Shown: piece by piece, positions 38,690 through 61,073 of the stretch
How positions within the stretch are numbered: the first letter of the stretch is position 1
How the letters are laid out: each line of letters starts with the position of its first letter
DNA from: Phallusia mammillata
Lineage: Eukaryota
Direction: 5' to 3'
NCBI GenBank assembly: GCA_965637545.1
Contig: OZ281497.1
Coordinates: forward strand, 9,114,001-9,178,000
Length of the DNA stretch: 64,000 bases
Program-made: the position numbers and the translations under genes
The notes under the pieces: generated by a model
Database searches by the model: none
Told to the model about the DNA's origin: nothing
The model's input: only the letters and a program-made list of their open reading frames with translations

Positions 38690-41600
38690 CGTGACTAAAC
38701 GTCTGCTGAAAAAAGTTACACGATAATTAAAACGACCGAAAAAAGAAAAAGTGCTAATCCAGTTGATTTTAAGACAGGTTAGGCAAATTTTGTTACAGGG
38801 GAAAAGAGGGTATTTTTACACAGATACACAACAACTAAAAATTGTCTCCCTATACCACAATATTCCACATTAAGTTTCTTGGGCGCATTTGTTAAAATGC
38901 AAGATCTATCACGGCCTGTCAAGAGCATTTCAACCTCTCCAAACATCTCAGAAAATCAAGTCAGGCTGTGTGACAGTATGTCACTGCCTCAGACATTCTT
39001 TAACTCTCAATTACATGAAAAGAGATTGTCAAAATAAGCACGACCACTGGGAAAAGCGATAAACCCGCGCTAATCTTGCGCAAACGCACGCCCTGTCGCT
39101 TCTGTTGATACTAGCCTATATTGGCTCTTGAACGAGCAATAAAGGGCTTGTTCGATGAGCTACCAAGGGCACAATGGGCCTCGTATGACGCGACAATGCT
39201 CAAAGATGATGCGGTGAGATAGATGATTGGGCCAATGACGTTCATTGATGCAGATATCAAATAAAGGGGACATGGAATAATGCGCTCAATGTGGCCACAC
39301 GATGAATGGCTTTTTGGCCCCATGGGCTAGCGCACGAGGTGCTGAAAGATAGCGATTTTGGATTAAAAACGCGTTGGCAGAAGCTAAGGAATGTAGTAGA
39401 CGTTTTGATTTTACTGGAATGCCCCAGGTAAGGCCTCTAGTGATCGAATTCGTGCGTCCAATGAACGGAAACGCAAAATCAACACGATAATGCTTCCAGG
39501 GCGGCCAATTAAGCAATCGGGTAAAGCCATCAGACAGATTATCGACCCCATTATAGTCAGTTTGCTCACAATGCGACCTTTTTGGCTTTGGCCACTCACT
39601 AATATTTGCCAATTCAGGAAACGCTTCGCGTGCCTATTTTGCAAACCCTCTTACTTCAATAGAACGAGTCCTTAATCCAGCACAAGGCTACATAGCAGAA
39701 CTGCACGCACGGTTGGGTATGTAAACTTGCTCTACCCAGGGTTGATTTCCAGCATAAATGTCCCAGGTTGATTTTCTGACCTTGTGGCTTCAGTTCATTT
39801 GCTACCAGGCACGCGTGTACACCGCAATGCATTAGACAAAAGGGCTGCTTTTTACTGGGGTACCTGCCTGTTACTTCTGCGGGACGAACCGCAAGCAAGC
39901 AGTCATCACTTTTTTCTGACAGCAAATAAAACAAGGGTATGATGAAATGTACTACACCAATCGCATTTTTGTACATGAGTTACAAAAACAATAATAAGAG
40001 TTAAGAGAAAGCTACCGATCTGAAAACCACCAAACACTCTTCAAACAGACGTTAAGCATTGTGTTCAAGATTTTGATCAAGCATCGGTTTTCAAATGAAG
40101 ATTTAAATAAGCGTTGATCTGATGAGCAATACGATAAAAACTAAAGAGTCACCTTTTCTATCGCTTCCGACCACACTTCAGCCTAAGGACTGCACGAAGC
40201 GAGTGCAAAGCCGCATGAAAAAGATCAAAGCTATTTCGCGTCGCGCATACGACGGTGTCGCATTGCCCCTCAGCACCCTACAGTACCGAGTGTTTATTTG
40301 TTCGTCTGGTCCTGTGCAAACAGCATGCAAGCCCCCCCACAAGCTCACGCTAAACGGATAGGCCCATTTCCTCAACGGAGAAAGGTAGTTTTGCGCCAAT
40401 TAGCACTGCAAAGTCAGCCTGGATCTATCTGAATTGACTAACTGTAATAGTCGTCCTGTTAAAATATGCAACCGGTCTGTATAAGTTTTATTACTACTGT
40501 TTGTTTGTTTTTTGCCACGTCCGGGTCAATGCACTGCAACAATCATATTGAGCAGTAATTCCAGAATAGTTAAGATGAACATATAGCGCCTTCAATGGGC
40601 CTGGCGTACTGTGATTTAATTCCAGAATATGTAGACTTTATATATAGACACGTTTATATATTACGCCAAGTTCTTCGCGGGGTCAGGCACAATTTCACGT
40701 AGCAAATATTGATTTAAGAACCTGACGACTTCACGCCCCTCACACATGTGTGAATCGCTGCGTCACAACGTTGCGTGTCGTCAACGCCAACAGCTAAATA
40801 ATGGTAAGTCACTGCCGTATAGAAATGATTTCTCAAAAGACGCTCCCTGCTAAAATTGTGCACGGCATACAGCAAGCCCGGCTATGTAAAGGTGCGATAC
40901 AATCTTTAGAATAGCTGTACTCCAGCGCACGCAATTTTCATTCTGAGCCTGAGGAGCAATTTTAAATCATCTGGCATTTGCTTTATTAGTCCATTACTGA
41001 GTCGACTAAGTCAAAGTCGATTAGGCTAACACCGCACCCAATACCCTAGACTTTAAATCATATTACTGACTAAGCTACAGTGGTTACTACAATCCCAACT
41101 ACTGAACTTTTACATTTTCTTTGCCTTGGTGCTCTGCTTGAATATGTTGGATGCCATAATGCTATGTAATGTGCATTTTCATACTGCAACCTTCATGACA
41201 CACTAGCTTTTTAATGGTGGTACCCCTACGTTTTGGGGATGCGACGCACGGTCGTCAATTTTCGAAGTGCACCAGTAATCACCAGCCGGTTCGCACGCGA
41301 AGTCAGCAAAGCGCGGAAGGAAAAAAAGCAGCGCGCGGCCACTCTCTCTCTCATTCTCTCGCAGCCACCAGTAATAACTGAGATAACTAGTGTGCAAAGA
41401 CCGCTAGGTGTTTAGAAGCCCTCGTTCGACCGTTCGCTGGAAGCCCTGCGGTTGTAAGCGGGTTTCGGCAGCTTTTGACGCATCAACGGACAAATTGTGT
41501 CATCAATCCGGCAGCTCAAAGCGGTTTCTGATAGCACGCTACGAATAGCTGAGGTGTCAAACGCTTGAGTTTCTACACCCCTGCAGAATAAACACGATTT

Positions 41601-42389
41601 AAGTGTGCCATCTTTTCACACTAGCAGGTGCGCATAATGGTGGTTTTAATCTGCGCCTAGTTCCGTTTGTATGATCAATGTTGAGAGCATGGCCGGGACA
41701 AAAATTGTCACTTGCAAATGTGGCAAAACAGTCGTTACCAAGGAACCCCTTTGACAGCAAATAATGGTTCGGATAAAAGTACTTTTATAACAACGACAAT
41801 GATTTGATATTTTTGCAGTTGCTTCACTGCTAACTTTTTTCACATGACATTAACTTATCACATGAAACCTAAATTCCGACCATTTAATGCCTGGTTTCAG
41901 AAAGAGTATAAAAAAGAAGGGCGGGTATTGACATGTGAAAATGCTTTTGACCTGCGAAGCGATTTTTCCATATGGCTGTCAGAAATTACTAATCTTACAG
42001 GGGATTTAAAGTTACATGTCAACCTTTCTTGGAAAGTACGTTATGTTAGCGTTATGTGCTTTTTGTTTCCTGTTTGGCATAATCTATATCACTGCAGAGT
42101 GCGGAAGATGTTTTACTGCTAAATACGTTTTGCGCGAGTCTCGGAAACCAGATGTATCTCAATGAACCAAGAAACATTACTGACTGACTCTTAAAGCACG
42201 AGTCAGATTGTGACGTAACAATGTGGAAATTGTGATGCGTAACAATTGTGATTTGTGACGCAATAAAAGTAACTTGAACAGTTGGGTATATTAACAAAGA
42301 AATAAAGCGAACAATAAATGCCAACTTTTCGGAATAAAAGTTCGCCATAAACTACGTAGGCGATTCAGTTGCCAATATGAGTCATTTCA

Positions 42390-42447
42390 AAAAATACCAC
42401 GCGGGCTACTCAGAACCTTCCTGCGGGCCACGGGTTGGACACCCCTG
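42390..42447. repeat. Single hAT/Charlie-like MITE terminus
   Basis: GCGGGCCACGGGTTGGACACCCCTG is the reverse complement of a CAGGGGTGTCCAACC-type terminus. Partner end not found. Confidence 0.45.
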
Positions 42448-43804
42448 ATTTAATCCCTACATGGTACCAATAGATTACTATGCCTTAATACAATGTGTTT
42501 GCAGATGATCCCCTATTAAGCCATGTTTTTCACGCTAAAAATGTTACCCACTATGTTGTCAGAATTGCGTTAATCGCAAAAATGCAAATAACTGCAACTG
42601 CATTTCACAAACATCTTTCTACACATGCAGTTTCTTCTTTCTAACTCCCATTGTTTCGCCACAGTACCGCTTTTTTCTTATCCTTTCTCATCAATAACCC
42701 AGGCCATTTGCGAGGTCACCCACCAGACCACACCGCACTTCAGTAAGTCGTATTTATGCTTATTTCGAGTGCCTGAATTTGCAACTCAATGATTTTAGAC
42801 GGCAAGTTTATTCAACTGGTATGTGAAACGAACGTTTTTTACATGATAAGATGCATATAAATTCATGACTGAAGTGTTTATGCAGACCAGCGATCACCGC
42901 ACACTCAAATATAAATCATATAGAAGGAGTTTAACCGAATCAGTCGATCACCAAGAATTTCCATGTAGCATGGCACAGGCTAAAAATCTACCGTAAGGCA
43001 AATTTACACCTTTGAACAGTATCAAAAAGAGCTAAAAAATGTCTGTACCAAAATGCAAAAAGTAGTAAAAATATGCACATAACGATTACTGATTCTTCTA
43101 CGGTCTGTAATGAAAAAAATTTTTCTGCAGTTTAATGAAAAATCTGCAACTATTTTTTTTCTTCTGTGCAGCTTTCATTCAAATTCAAGTTTAAGGCGCA
43201 ACCACAAAAATTGTTGACCACAATAGCGATAATCTGTTGATCATATCCAATGTTCCTTTGGATGCACACATCAAAATCACATGTTGTTTGCTTTGAAAAC
43301 CGCAGTCTACACCCCCCAAAGTCGACAATGTGCAGATCAAAGTTCATTTGACGGGCGCCCCAGTGTTTACCTTTCAGAAATCTGCTGGAATTTAAACTAG
43401 GTAATACTTTGTTGGCATCACTAAGCGACCGACATGCAAAAACAAACAATACGCCTTTTAACGGCCGATTCAAAACAGTTAAATGCCTAATCGCTGGTCT
43501 GTATGCTTAGTGTCCCTGTGTCTCAAGCATTGGAAATCGCTTAGTCATTGCAAAAACGTAGGACCGACAAAGCAGTTCCGATTGCAAACTCTAAAACAAC
43601 AATTCGGTTTGCTAATTCAACAAGTGCGGATTGTGTTTGCATTAAGACAGCTTCAGGACGCTGTCTCTGTGCGTTTTCAAGTTTACAAAACAAATTTATC
43701 GTTATTTTGCTTGTTTGTCAGCTAAAGTGTGCATTTTCCTACGTATAGTAGGACAAGTACATCACATACATAGGTTTGTATGTTAAAAGACATTTATTAT
43801 AGAC

Positions 43805-44224
43805 CAGCGGTTCCCAAACTGGGGTCCGCGGTCCTTTAGGGGTCCGTGAGGCAATTTTGAGGGGACCGCGAAGCGGTTGAAGTAATTCTATAATCTTATT
43901 TGGCGTCAGTTTGTGCCACTAAATAAGTTTAAATCAAAGTAGAATTGAGAATCAACTGTCTCCATTGCTTAACAATAGCCTTTATTGAATGACAACTATC
44001 AAAAATGTAATTGTTCGCGCACAATTGTAGTGCATTTGTCTTGTCTGTGATGTCACATGCTGTGTTTGGATGACTTTTATGTGCAATTTTGCATAACTAG
44101 CTAAAATACTGCAGTCAAATTTCGTTTTTATGAAACACATATTTAGGCTCAAGGACCGCGAGCCCTCAAAATAATGGCAAAAGGACCGTTTTGAAAAAAA
44201 TATGAAAAAGTTTGGGAACCGCTG
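43805..44224. mobile_element. hAT/Charlie-like MITE
   Basis: Perfect 16-bp TIRs CAGCGGTTCCCAAACT / AGTTTGGGAACCGCTG. 8-bp TSD TTATAGAC / TTATAAAC (1 mismatch). Subterminal GGACCGCG motifs. Confidence 0.9.
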
Positions 44225-47032
44225 TTATAAACAATTACTGTTTTGTAAGTACTTTTGGTAATAATTCAAGCTAACGGTTAAAAAAAATCCAAAAAATAGA
44301 ATTAAATAGTGTATATGTGGGTTTAATCCAACCAAGGCCATGAATTGTACCAAAAAGATTTTTATATGTTTGGACCACGTTGTCATTAATATTTTATCAA
44401 AACGACAAGGGCGGTTTTGAATCAAAAGATAAACTAGTTTGCTCTTGAGAACCTAGAATTTAAACCGTTTTTTAGTAGAATTGTGGTGTTTGCAAGAATA
44501 ATAATACAAAAACGTGTTTTTTTTTCTGAAAAAAAACAACTATAAGTATTACATCAAATCAACAAGCAATTGTTGGAATAAAGTATATTCACCTAGTACA
44601 AGCTAACTGGCAATTTTGTTTTGGTTACCATTAATACAAGAAAGCGAAACAGAACTAATTTAAAAGAAGAACATGACTGAACAAATGGGTATTTTGGATT
44701 CCATGTTTTAAATGCAAAAGCAAGATATAATAATTAGTTTCGTCGGCCTACATCCAAGCATTAGCTTTGCAAATAACACTAATGTCCAAATATCATATTT
44801 TCCATGTCCAAATACGGCTTTAAATGCCAACATTAAGAACGACAAAGCATAGATTAAACCAAGTGGTGGATTTTATTAAAAATTGCATGCACAGCAGAAA
44901 TCGCAATTCACGACGCTAATGTCCCTTCGCTGAGGTTTAGGATTTGCATTTTGTTGTGATTAGTGCTACGGAGTGCTTTCAAATCGTGCTGGGACAACAG
45001 ACATGTTATGGAAGTCCGGAATAATCAAGCAGAGTCATTTTGAGTCTCGCCATTCCACATTTAAGCTAAATGCAAATGTTCAGGTTATTTTTAGCAGCAA
45101 AGCTGGGGGATTTTTTGGTAAACATTTTTAGTTTTTTTAACGACCAAATACGGAAAACCCGGGTTAAATTTAAATGTAGATTTGCCCGGATAATCAAAAA
45201 TAACGCTAATAACGTGTTATAACATTCCATGACAATACTTATGTGGCAAATAACAAAAGCATATGTTGTATTGGTTAAGATGAATACATTCATATTGGGA
45301 TCAGCCCTGAAGCTTCCATAGACCCGCAGCGATCATGGAATACTCATGACCTGGGTTCGAATACCACCGCGGGTTAGATTTTTCAAGCCTGCTGAGCCTT
45401 GTCGTTTGGGAATGCTTGGTTACCGACTTGATTCGGTTCAACACCTTTAATATGCCTGGCGTAATATGATGTTGTATTGGTTTTTGTAATCTCCTAGCAG
45501 TTAATAAAAACAGGCCAACATTTAACACTGGGAATAACTTGACCATTGATATTTCTCTATGCATGTGGTAAAAACAACATGTGTCAAGAAAAGTATGAGA
45601 CATTTCCTTGTGTTGATTTTGTGGATTTGAAACCTGCGTCATTCAATTGTTGGTACCTTTTATCGGCTTTGTGGTTCACCAATAAAGTAATTACCGTACT
45701 ATTTGTTATTTAGGCCACATAGCTTTTAGAAATCGTAACATGTTTCTAAAAAACTTGTTCGTCTAAAAAAAATTAAATGAAATTTTTTAACAAAATCTAT
45801 GAACTAACTGCCTCCAATCATTATTGGAAATTTAACCCGTTAAATCTTTTTTGTATTTACAATTTTAACTTGTGTTGTGTTTTTTAAGCGGACTTAGAGC
45901 ATTAAAGATGACTTCCCCCCTCCTCCTAAAAAAATAGAATTTGATGAAAGAACGTCATTTGAAAAATCAGAATGCAACCGGTTGTTCGGATACGCCTTTC
46001 TCAACATGTAAACATTTGCTTTGTGAACGTAACTTTTAGGCGAATTAAACTCATTAGTCCATTTTGGGATCTGGTACGAACCCGGAAATAACTCAAAAAT
46101 CTCATGAAAACCTGCCAAACGGAAGTCCTATCGACTGCACGTTTTCTGTACTAGAGGTCATTATATCGTGACAGCACAGAAAGTTGTCGGCCCATGAAAG
46201 AGGCCCAGACCATGTTTCCATTCAACACTGAAGGGGTAGGACGTGATAGGTCGCTTATGGCGAAGCTTATAGGACGAAACAACGTTTTTGTGAATGGACA
46301 AAGACATGGGAGACTGGGGTTTTGTCACTGACCATTTGATCGTGGAATTTTCAACGCAAGAAAAGCTCACATATGCGTGCGAACTCCAGTCTCCAGGTAT
46401 TGTGTGTTTCCTGGTGCTGTTCGTTCCAGCAATGCGACCACTTTTGGGGAATTAGCGAATACAGACCTATATACAAATGCTTAAATTTGAACATTTTAAT
46501 ATTACATCTTAAAACACACACCTTATTTAATGGGTTTCAAACCCAAAAAGCTTCTCCGGACGAATTCCAGGTAGTTTTTTATCCCCATATTTCAGGCTCC
46601 CTGGGCCACTCGACCAGGTTCCTACCAGTTTTGCACGGTTTGGCAGCTGTTTCTAGCACCTTGCCTATATATCAGCGACTAGAGATTCATTTGTTAAAGG
46701 CAACATTTAAATCAAACATTAATGTAAAGCTTGCGTCTTGTTATTTGTAAGTTGTAAAGTAAAAACAAATCGTTTGCAAGATATAAACCATTCGAAGAGT
46801 TTTCCAAAATGAAGCCGTTTTTGTAATAGAAATAAACAACTCTCATAATAGTACAAAAAGACTTGAAAGAAATAGACATTCTTGGGCTTTGACCAAAATA
46901 TACTCTACGCTTGCCGACATACTTATATTTAGGCAATAATTTAAAACTTTAACTTGTAATAGCAGGGTAAAGCTTAGTGTAGCTATAAATAGGAAGTTGT
47001 GGAGTCAAATAATAAAACAAAGTCTATGAAGG

Positions 47033-47147
47033 TTAGGAATAGACGTGGCTATCCAAAACTTGTTAAACTGTTCCCAATTGTGTGAAGATATCTTCGAACA
47101 ATTTGGGAACAGTTTAACAAGTTTGGGGTAGCCACGTCTATTCCTAA
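47033..47147. repeat. Near-perfect 115-bp palindrome (loopless inverted repeat)
   Basis: TTAGGAATAGACGTGGCTATCCAAAACTTGTTAAACTGTTCCCAATTGTGTGAAGAT is followed directly by its near-exact reverse complement ATCTTCGAACAATTTGGGAACAGTTTAACAAGTTTGGGGTAGCCACGTCTATTCCTAA. Confidence 0.92.
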
Positions 47148-47240
47148 TCGAACCCAGGACACCCCCGGGGACGAATCCCGATCAGTTTTTTTTATGTCTG
47201 TATATGGGTCAGGCGCGCCAGACCATTCGGCCAAGTTCCT
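47148..47240 (-). mobile_element. tRNA-derived SINE head or tRNA pseudogene (type II Leu/Ser-like)
   Basis: Minus strand: A-box-like TTGGCCGAATGGTC (47234-47221), CCTGA...TCGGG anticodon-stem-like pairing, CCCCGGGG variable-arm-like hairpin, B-box-like CTGGGTTCGA. A second copy lies at about 60920-60990. Confidence 0.55.
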
Positions 47241-47496
47241 GCCCTTGTGCGAAGATATCCTCGCAGAAAAATATGTCATAAAGTTCTGACGACGCCTAGT
47301 GGTTAGTATTTTTAGGAATGACTCCATGAACTCTGTTTTATAGGTTTTTCTTCAGATACGATTATGTTTAGATATTTTAAGATCAACTTCATCCAACACA
47401 TTGTATTTTTTAAATTAATCCAAAATTTCTTTGCCAGTATATATTTATGTTTAACATACATTTTCGATATTATGGAACTCAGGGTATCATGTAGCC

Positions 47497-47995
47497 CAGG
47501 GGTGGGGAACCTGCGGCCTAAAGGCCACATGCGGCCTTTCAGGGTAGTAAGTGCGGCCTTCGATGGCAGATACATTTTTAGGATGTTGATATAACAGACT
47601 GCACCAGGCGCTGAAAACAATAGACAGTAACGTACTTTTGACTTTATTCCACATTACTATTTGATTAGTTCCAGGGCAGCGTTTTTCAAACAAGACCAAT
47701 GGTCCCATAGTGGTACATAAAGTGATTTCCATAGGACTACCAAAAACTCCAGGTTCAGCAATTTATAGGTTAAATAAATCCTGAATGTTCTAGTGAAGAT
47801 GAAAATGTAGTGAGGAATTTTAATTAGCTTGGACCGTAAGTCCTACAAACTACGAGGAAATAGCAAAACGACCATTCTGTAAGTCAAAAAGTTTGAACAT
47901 CACCGTCCTTGGCCTGGGAACTAGTCTATGCGGCCTACATGAGTGTCGATGAACCGTTTGGTAGCCTTTATAAACAAAAAGGTTCCCCATCCATG
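47497..47995. mobile_element. hAT/Charlie-like MITE
   Basis: TIRs CAGGGGTGGGGAACCT / AGGTTCCCCATCCATG. Perfect 8-bp TSD ATGTAGCC at 47489-47496 and 47996-48003. Confidence 0.88.
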
Positions 47996-49179
47996 ATGTA
48001 GCCTAACTACTGTTGAAGTTTTACAAAATATTTTAGTGGTAAATAATACGCTTAATGAGTAGAGTAAATTGTTCCTGCGCTGTTATGTGCAATTGACGCA
48101 GAACATAGCAGACTTGGGAACTTAAATTTATAAGATGCCTTCACGTATTATCTTTTATTGAATATTTAGGCGTTACACCAGGGATAACTTAAATTGGAAA
48201 TCTCGATCCTTCTAGGGGAGTTTTCTTAACCGGGAGGAATTTGCTTTAATTATTAACATAACTTATATGTGGTTTGCAAATATACACTTTAGGTCTGGGA
48301 ATATAGCCTATATTGTTAACAAAAGACCCAATTTTAAATGATCTTTGTTAGCATCTACTATGTCTATTGGGGAGGAATTAAAATATTTTGAACTAGGGAG
48401 GAAGGTTGGGAACCACTGCCCTATGGGTAATAAGCACCGAAGCAGAGGGTTCGAGATATGATGTCAAAATGAAGGTTAGGCTATATGTAGACCTATTTGT
48501 GAAATCGTGAAGTTTTAGTCGTGATTGAGAATGTTTCTTGTAGGCTATGATATATTTTCACCCGTGTGCCACTAAATGGGTAAAAAAGCGGGCTTACTTC
48601 TCCATTGTTACAACTTATTTGAACTACTTCAGTCAAGTCATTTTGACAACAAATTCAATAAAAGTTTAAAGGATAAAAAAGCCAAATAACTCTGTCAAAA
48701 CAAGCCCAAAACCGAAACCACGACTCAATAAAAATGAGTTCAAATTGTAACGATATTTGACTGCTTGCAAAGACGCATGCATGTCACAACTGACAAAAAA
48801 TGGGGTTTTCAACTACCCGCTCGAAAAAGAAACCAATATCAAACCGCAAATCTGTCAGAAACCAGCCCATTTTGGCGGGAAAAGAGCCACCCTGGGCACT
48901 CGGCCTAGCATACAATCAATCAGGCGGTTGGTCCGAAAGCCCTGTACCGTTTGCCTGGTACCGTGCATCCATATTTTTGAAGTTCGGTGGTTTGCTGAGC
49001 ATGAGCAGTGATTCTTCCACAAAATGTGCAGTACATCATGTTGGACATGCCTGGTTGTGTAAGAAAGATTGGTCTTTCTGTATGATCAGTGGGTTAAAGA
49101 AACTCCAAATCAAGGCAAAAAAGGTCGAGAAACTCTGCTGGAAAACTGTTTTGTATGCTGAAGGGCCAAAACAACGGAC

Positions 49180-49745
49180 CTGATCACAATTGTGCGCAGT
49201 TTATTCACCAGCATCGCAAGTGTAGACGAGAAATCACGTGATAGTGCGGACAAACCAGCAACGTGCTGCTGTTCCGGATAAAACTCTTACGTCACAAACA
49301 AATCGCTGTAGCGGGAGAGGGCAAGGATAAATACGCAGGAGGCGCTTATGTTTAGAAATGGGTAAAACGCACAAAAAATACAATCAAAAAGTAAAACAGG
49401 AGCAAAAAGTCCGCGATGGCGCGTTTTGTTTCGATGTGAGAAAAAAGAAGAAAGCGATTTAAGGTACAGTCGCAAAGAAGCGTTTTCAAATAAATTTGCA
49501 AACGGCGCGTGTGGCTGATTTCTCGCGTGCGCGGTTTGCAGAAATTCAACTAACAATACTCTTGCTTATAAACGTATATTATTCGCGTGCGCGTTTGCCA
49601 GTAGAGCTCACGCCGCCCCATAAAGAATCGCCTCGGCGTGCAACATAGTGACGTCACTCGGCGCTATGACGTCACGCCTGGATTGGCTCGCGACCGCAAC
49701 GCAATACACAACAATCTGTACAACGACAGTCGGTGTTCAGCCCGC
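49180..49745. promoter_or_regulatory. CpG-rich, promoter-like island overlapping the putative OGT 3' UTR
   Basis: Dense CpG, two TGACGTCA palindromes (49649-49656, 49667-49674) and ATTGG/CCAAT (49682-49686). A minus-strand AATAAA at 49200-49205 is the likely OGT polyA signal. Confidence 0.5.
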
Positions 49746-49771
49746 ACAGAGTGAGGCTTGTTTCAGTTTCT

Positions 49772-58905
<9,134 letters not shown>

Positions 58906-58984
58906 GATCTTTTTCGCTGTATCCTCTTTGTTTATTTGCGAATACATAGTGTTAACACTTTACAATTACATAAAACTCAAGCAC

Positions 58985-59160
58985 GATAGGACGCACAATG
59001 ACAAGTTTTCCACGTTTCAGAACCGAAGATCGGTATCTTTCATTCGAGCAGGGCCGGTTTTCACGAATCACGGATCGCGTGATCGCATTCACAGCATGAC
59101 GTCACAAAGAACGCCCAAACAAATGGTATTCTTCCGCGAGAGAAAAAGGTAAAGGAACGG
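58985..59160 (-). promoter_or_regulatory. OGT promoter / 5' region (CpG-rich)
   Basis: CpG-rich patch just upstream of the OGT ATG (58905), with TGACGTCA at 59097-59104. Contrasts with the CpG-poor gene body. Confidence 0.55.
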
Positions 59161-60919
59161 TTATTTAAATAGCAAAATTGCACCACAAGTTTTGTTTATT
59201 TTGAACCTAAAATAGATCATGAAATCCAAGTGGTATTAATGCTATATTACAAGTTTATTTAAGCATTACAAAGAGAATTTGTTAACCGTATGTCACGTGA
59301 TTTCATCAGTTCCGGAACAACGGCTACGTAATTTATTCATTGTTATTGTTTTTGATACAGGTGGGGAGCAAACATGTTTTCTTTGTTATGTCACAATGTG
59401 CAAATACATTTTCTGGTTTAACATGCAATTGGTTTCCGAAATTTTAATACATTCTTATGTCATATTAAACAAATCCACACCAGTACTCATATAGATAAAT
59501 GTTGACCTTTTTGCTGTTGTCTTAAAAGGGCGGTTTTAGCCTACACCAAAAACGAAGTTGCAAGATCGTAAAACAGATGTCATCCCGGACCCAATTCTAC
59601 TCAAAGGCTCTACCCGAGCTTAATATACGATCCAGTTCTTACAGACAAATCGAGTTTCTTACGAATGATGCTAATCCTGGCCACAAAATCTGGTTCAGTT
59701 TTAATTATGTTACATCTTACATGACATCTGGGATCTGTAGTGACAAAAATCATTTCGAAAACTGATCTTGGGACATTTTGACTGGAGATGCACCGAATCA
59801 TTTAGGTAACGGGTCGAAACAAATTCGTCAGACCCAATCAAATCATTGATGACGTACCGCTACGTGTTTGACACAAAAACATAGGCTTTTCTACCCCGAA
59901 AACATTGGTGCTACACAACAGGACAGTTGCGTTTCATTATCATTTTAGTTCCGTGGGTTTTAAGTTGCCTGCCTCGACCATGGTTGCCAGGCTGCCAATG
60001 ACTTACTTACTTTTTGCCTAAATAGAAAAATCGACAATGTTTTAATAATGGTAATAATTGACGCGATTTTAGTTACGACGTAGTTTAAAAGAATGTGCGT
60101 TACCTCTTCAAGCAGAAAAGACACGTATTACGCTTTAAAATCGTGTTGGTAAAACATTCCGTTCGGACCGAATTGCAAAAAGTAAAAATAGCCGATTCTT
60201 AAGTAAGCTTATTTAGAGTCTTAAAATATATCGTAGCCTACCATTATTTTCATGAAGTGTAAAGTCTGGATCTTTCTCTCCTACCCGTCAGATTTTCAAC
60301 AATACATCAATCTTACTGTTGAATTAAAGTGAGTCGATCTGGAAGCAGTTAGCTTAAGTCACGACAGGCGATCGAGTTTTCTGATTGCTATTTGTTTTTC
60401 GTTTGTACAAAATCAATACAAACCGGCAGATTGCGGAAAGTACAAAGAAACAATATGATAAAAGCATTCAATACATATAAGATTAGTTTCAATGTATTCT
60501 TAGACATTGCAGCAAAGGCGAAGATCAAGACGAAGACAAAATATATTTACAAGCAGACAAGATTTCGAAATTAGCCTGTAAGAAGTGGGAAATGGAGGAA
60601 TAGTGGACAAAACTATTTAATAGTTGCCAACAAAGTGTTGAAATTGCAAAGAGTATCTCTGACTTTTTACGTTAATTATAACGACCAGATTAGTTAGCCT
60701 GTAGGTTTTTCGGTCGGGCGCTTTCATAATTCACCATGGTATCACGTCATAACAATTGGCAGGCGTTATGGAACTGGAACTAAATCTTCTTAAGAAGGCC
60801 TGAAGAGGGTTTTAAGGATTTTATGTTCAGGTGTTTTTTTAATGAGATTGAAAAAAAAGCTGAATTTGTAACACAGGAAATTTTTATGTTGGTAAACTAC
60901 AGTAAAAATTTTTTTTCAC

Positions 60920-60990
60920 GAGGTTCGACCCAGGACGCACTTGGGAACGAATCCCGATCACGTTTTTATGTCTGTATGGGTAACATTTTT
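60920..60990 (-). mobile_element. Second copy of the tRNA-related SINE-like repeat
   Basis: TCGACCCAGGACGCACTTGGGAACGAATCCCGATCACGTTTTTATGTCTGTATGGGT aligns with 47148-47210. Confidence 0.6.
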
Positions 60991-61007
60991 AATGGCTATA
61001 ATTTGAT

Positions 61008-61073
61008 CGGGTTCGGGACGGGTTCGGGACGGTTTCGGGACCGGTTCGGGACCGGTTCGGGACGGGTTTGGGC
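61008..61073 (+). repeat. Tandem GGTTCGGGAC(C/G) array, about 5-6 copies, probably subterminal repeats of a DNA transposon remnant extending to about 61243
   Basis: Direct 11-bp repeats. Related TTCGGGCC motifs continue to GGGCCCGCCTATAACTA at about 61227-61243. Confidence 0.75.

Noticed and set aside
14620-38760. Apparent abundance of TAATCC/GGATTA (Otx/Pitx) sites around CYP
   Set aside because: The number I noticed does not exceed rough chance expectation for a 6-mer in AT-rich DNA.
48800-49183. 127-aa plus-strand ORF antisense to the OGT 3' flank
   Set aside because: No domain similarity or supporting splice structure, and it overlaps other equally weak ORFs.
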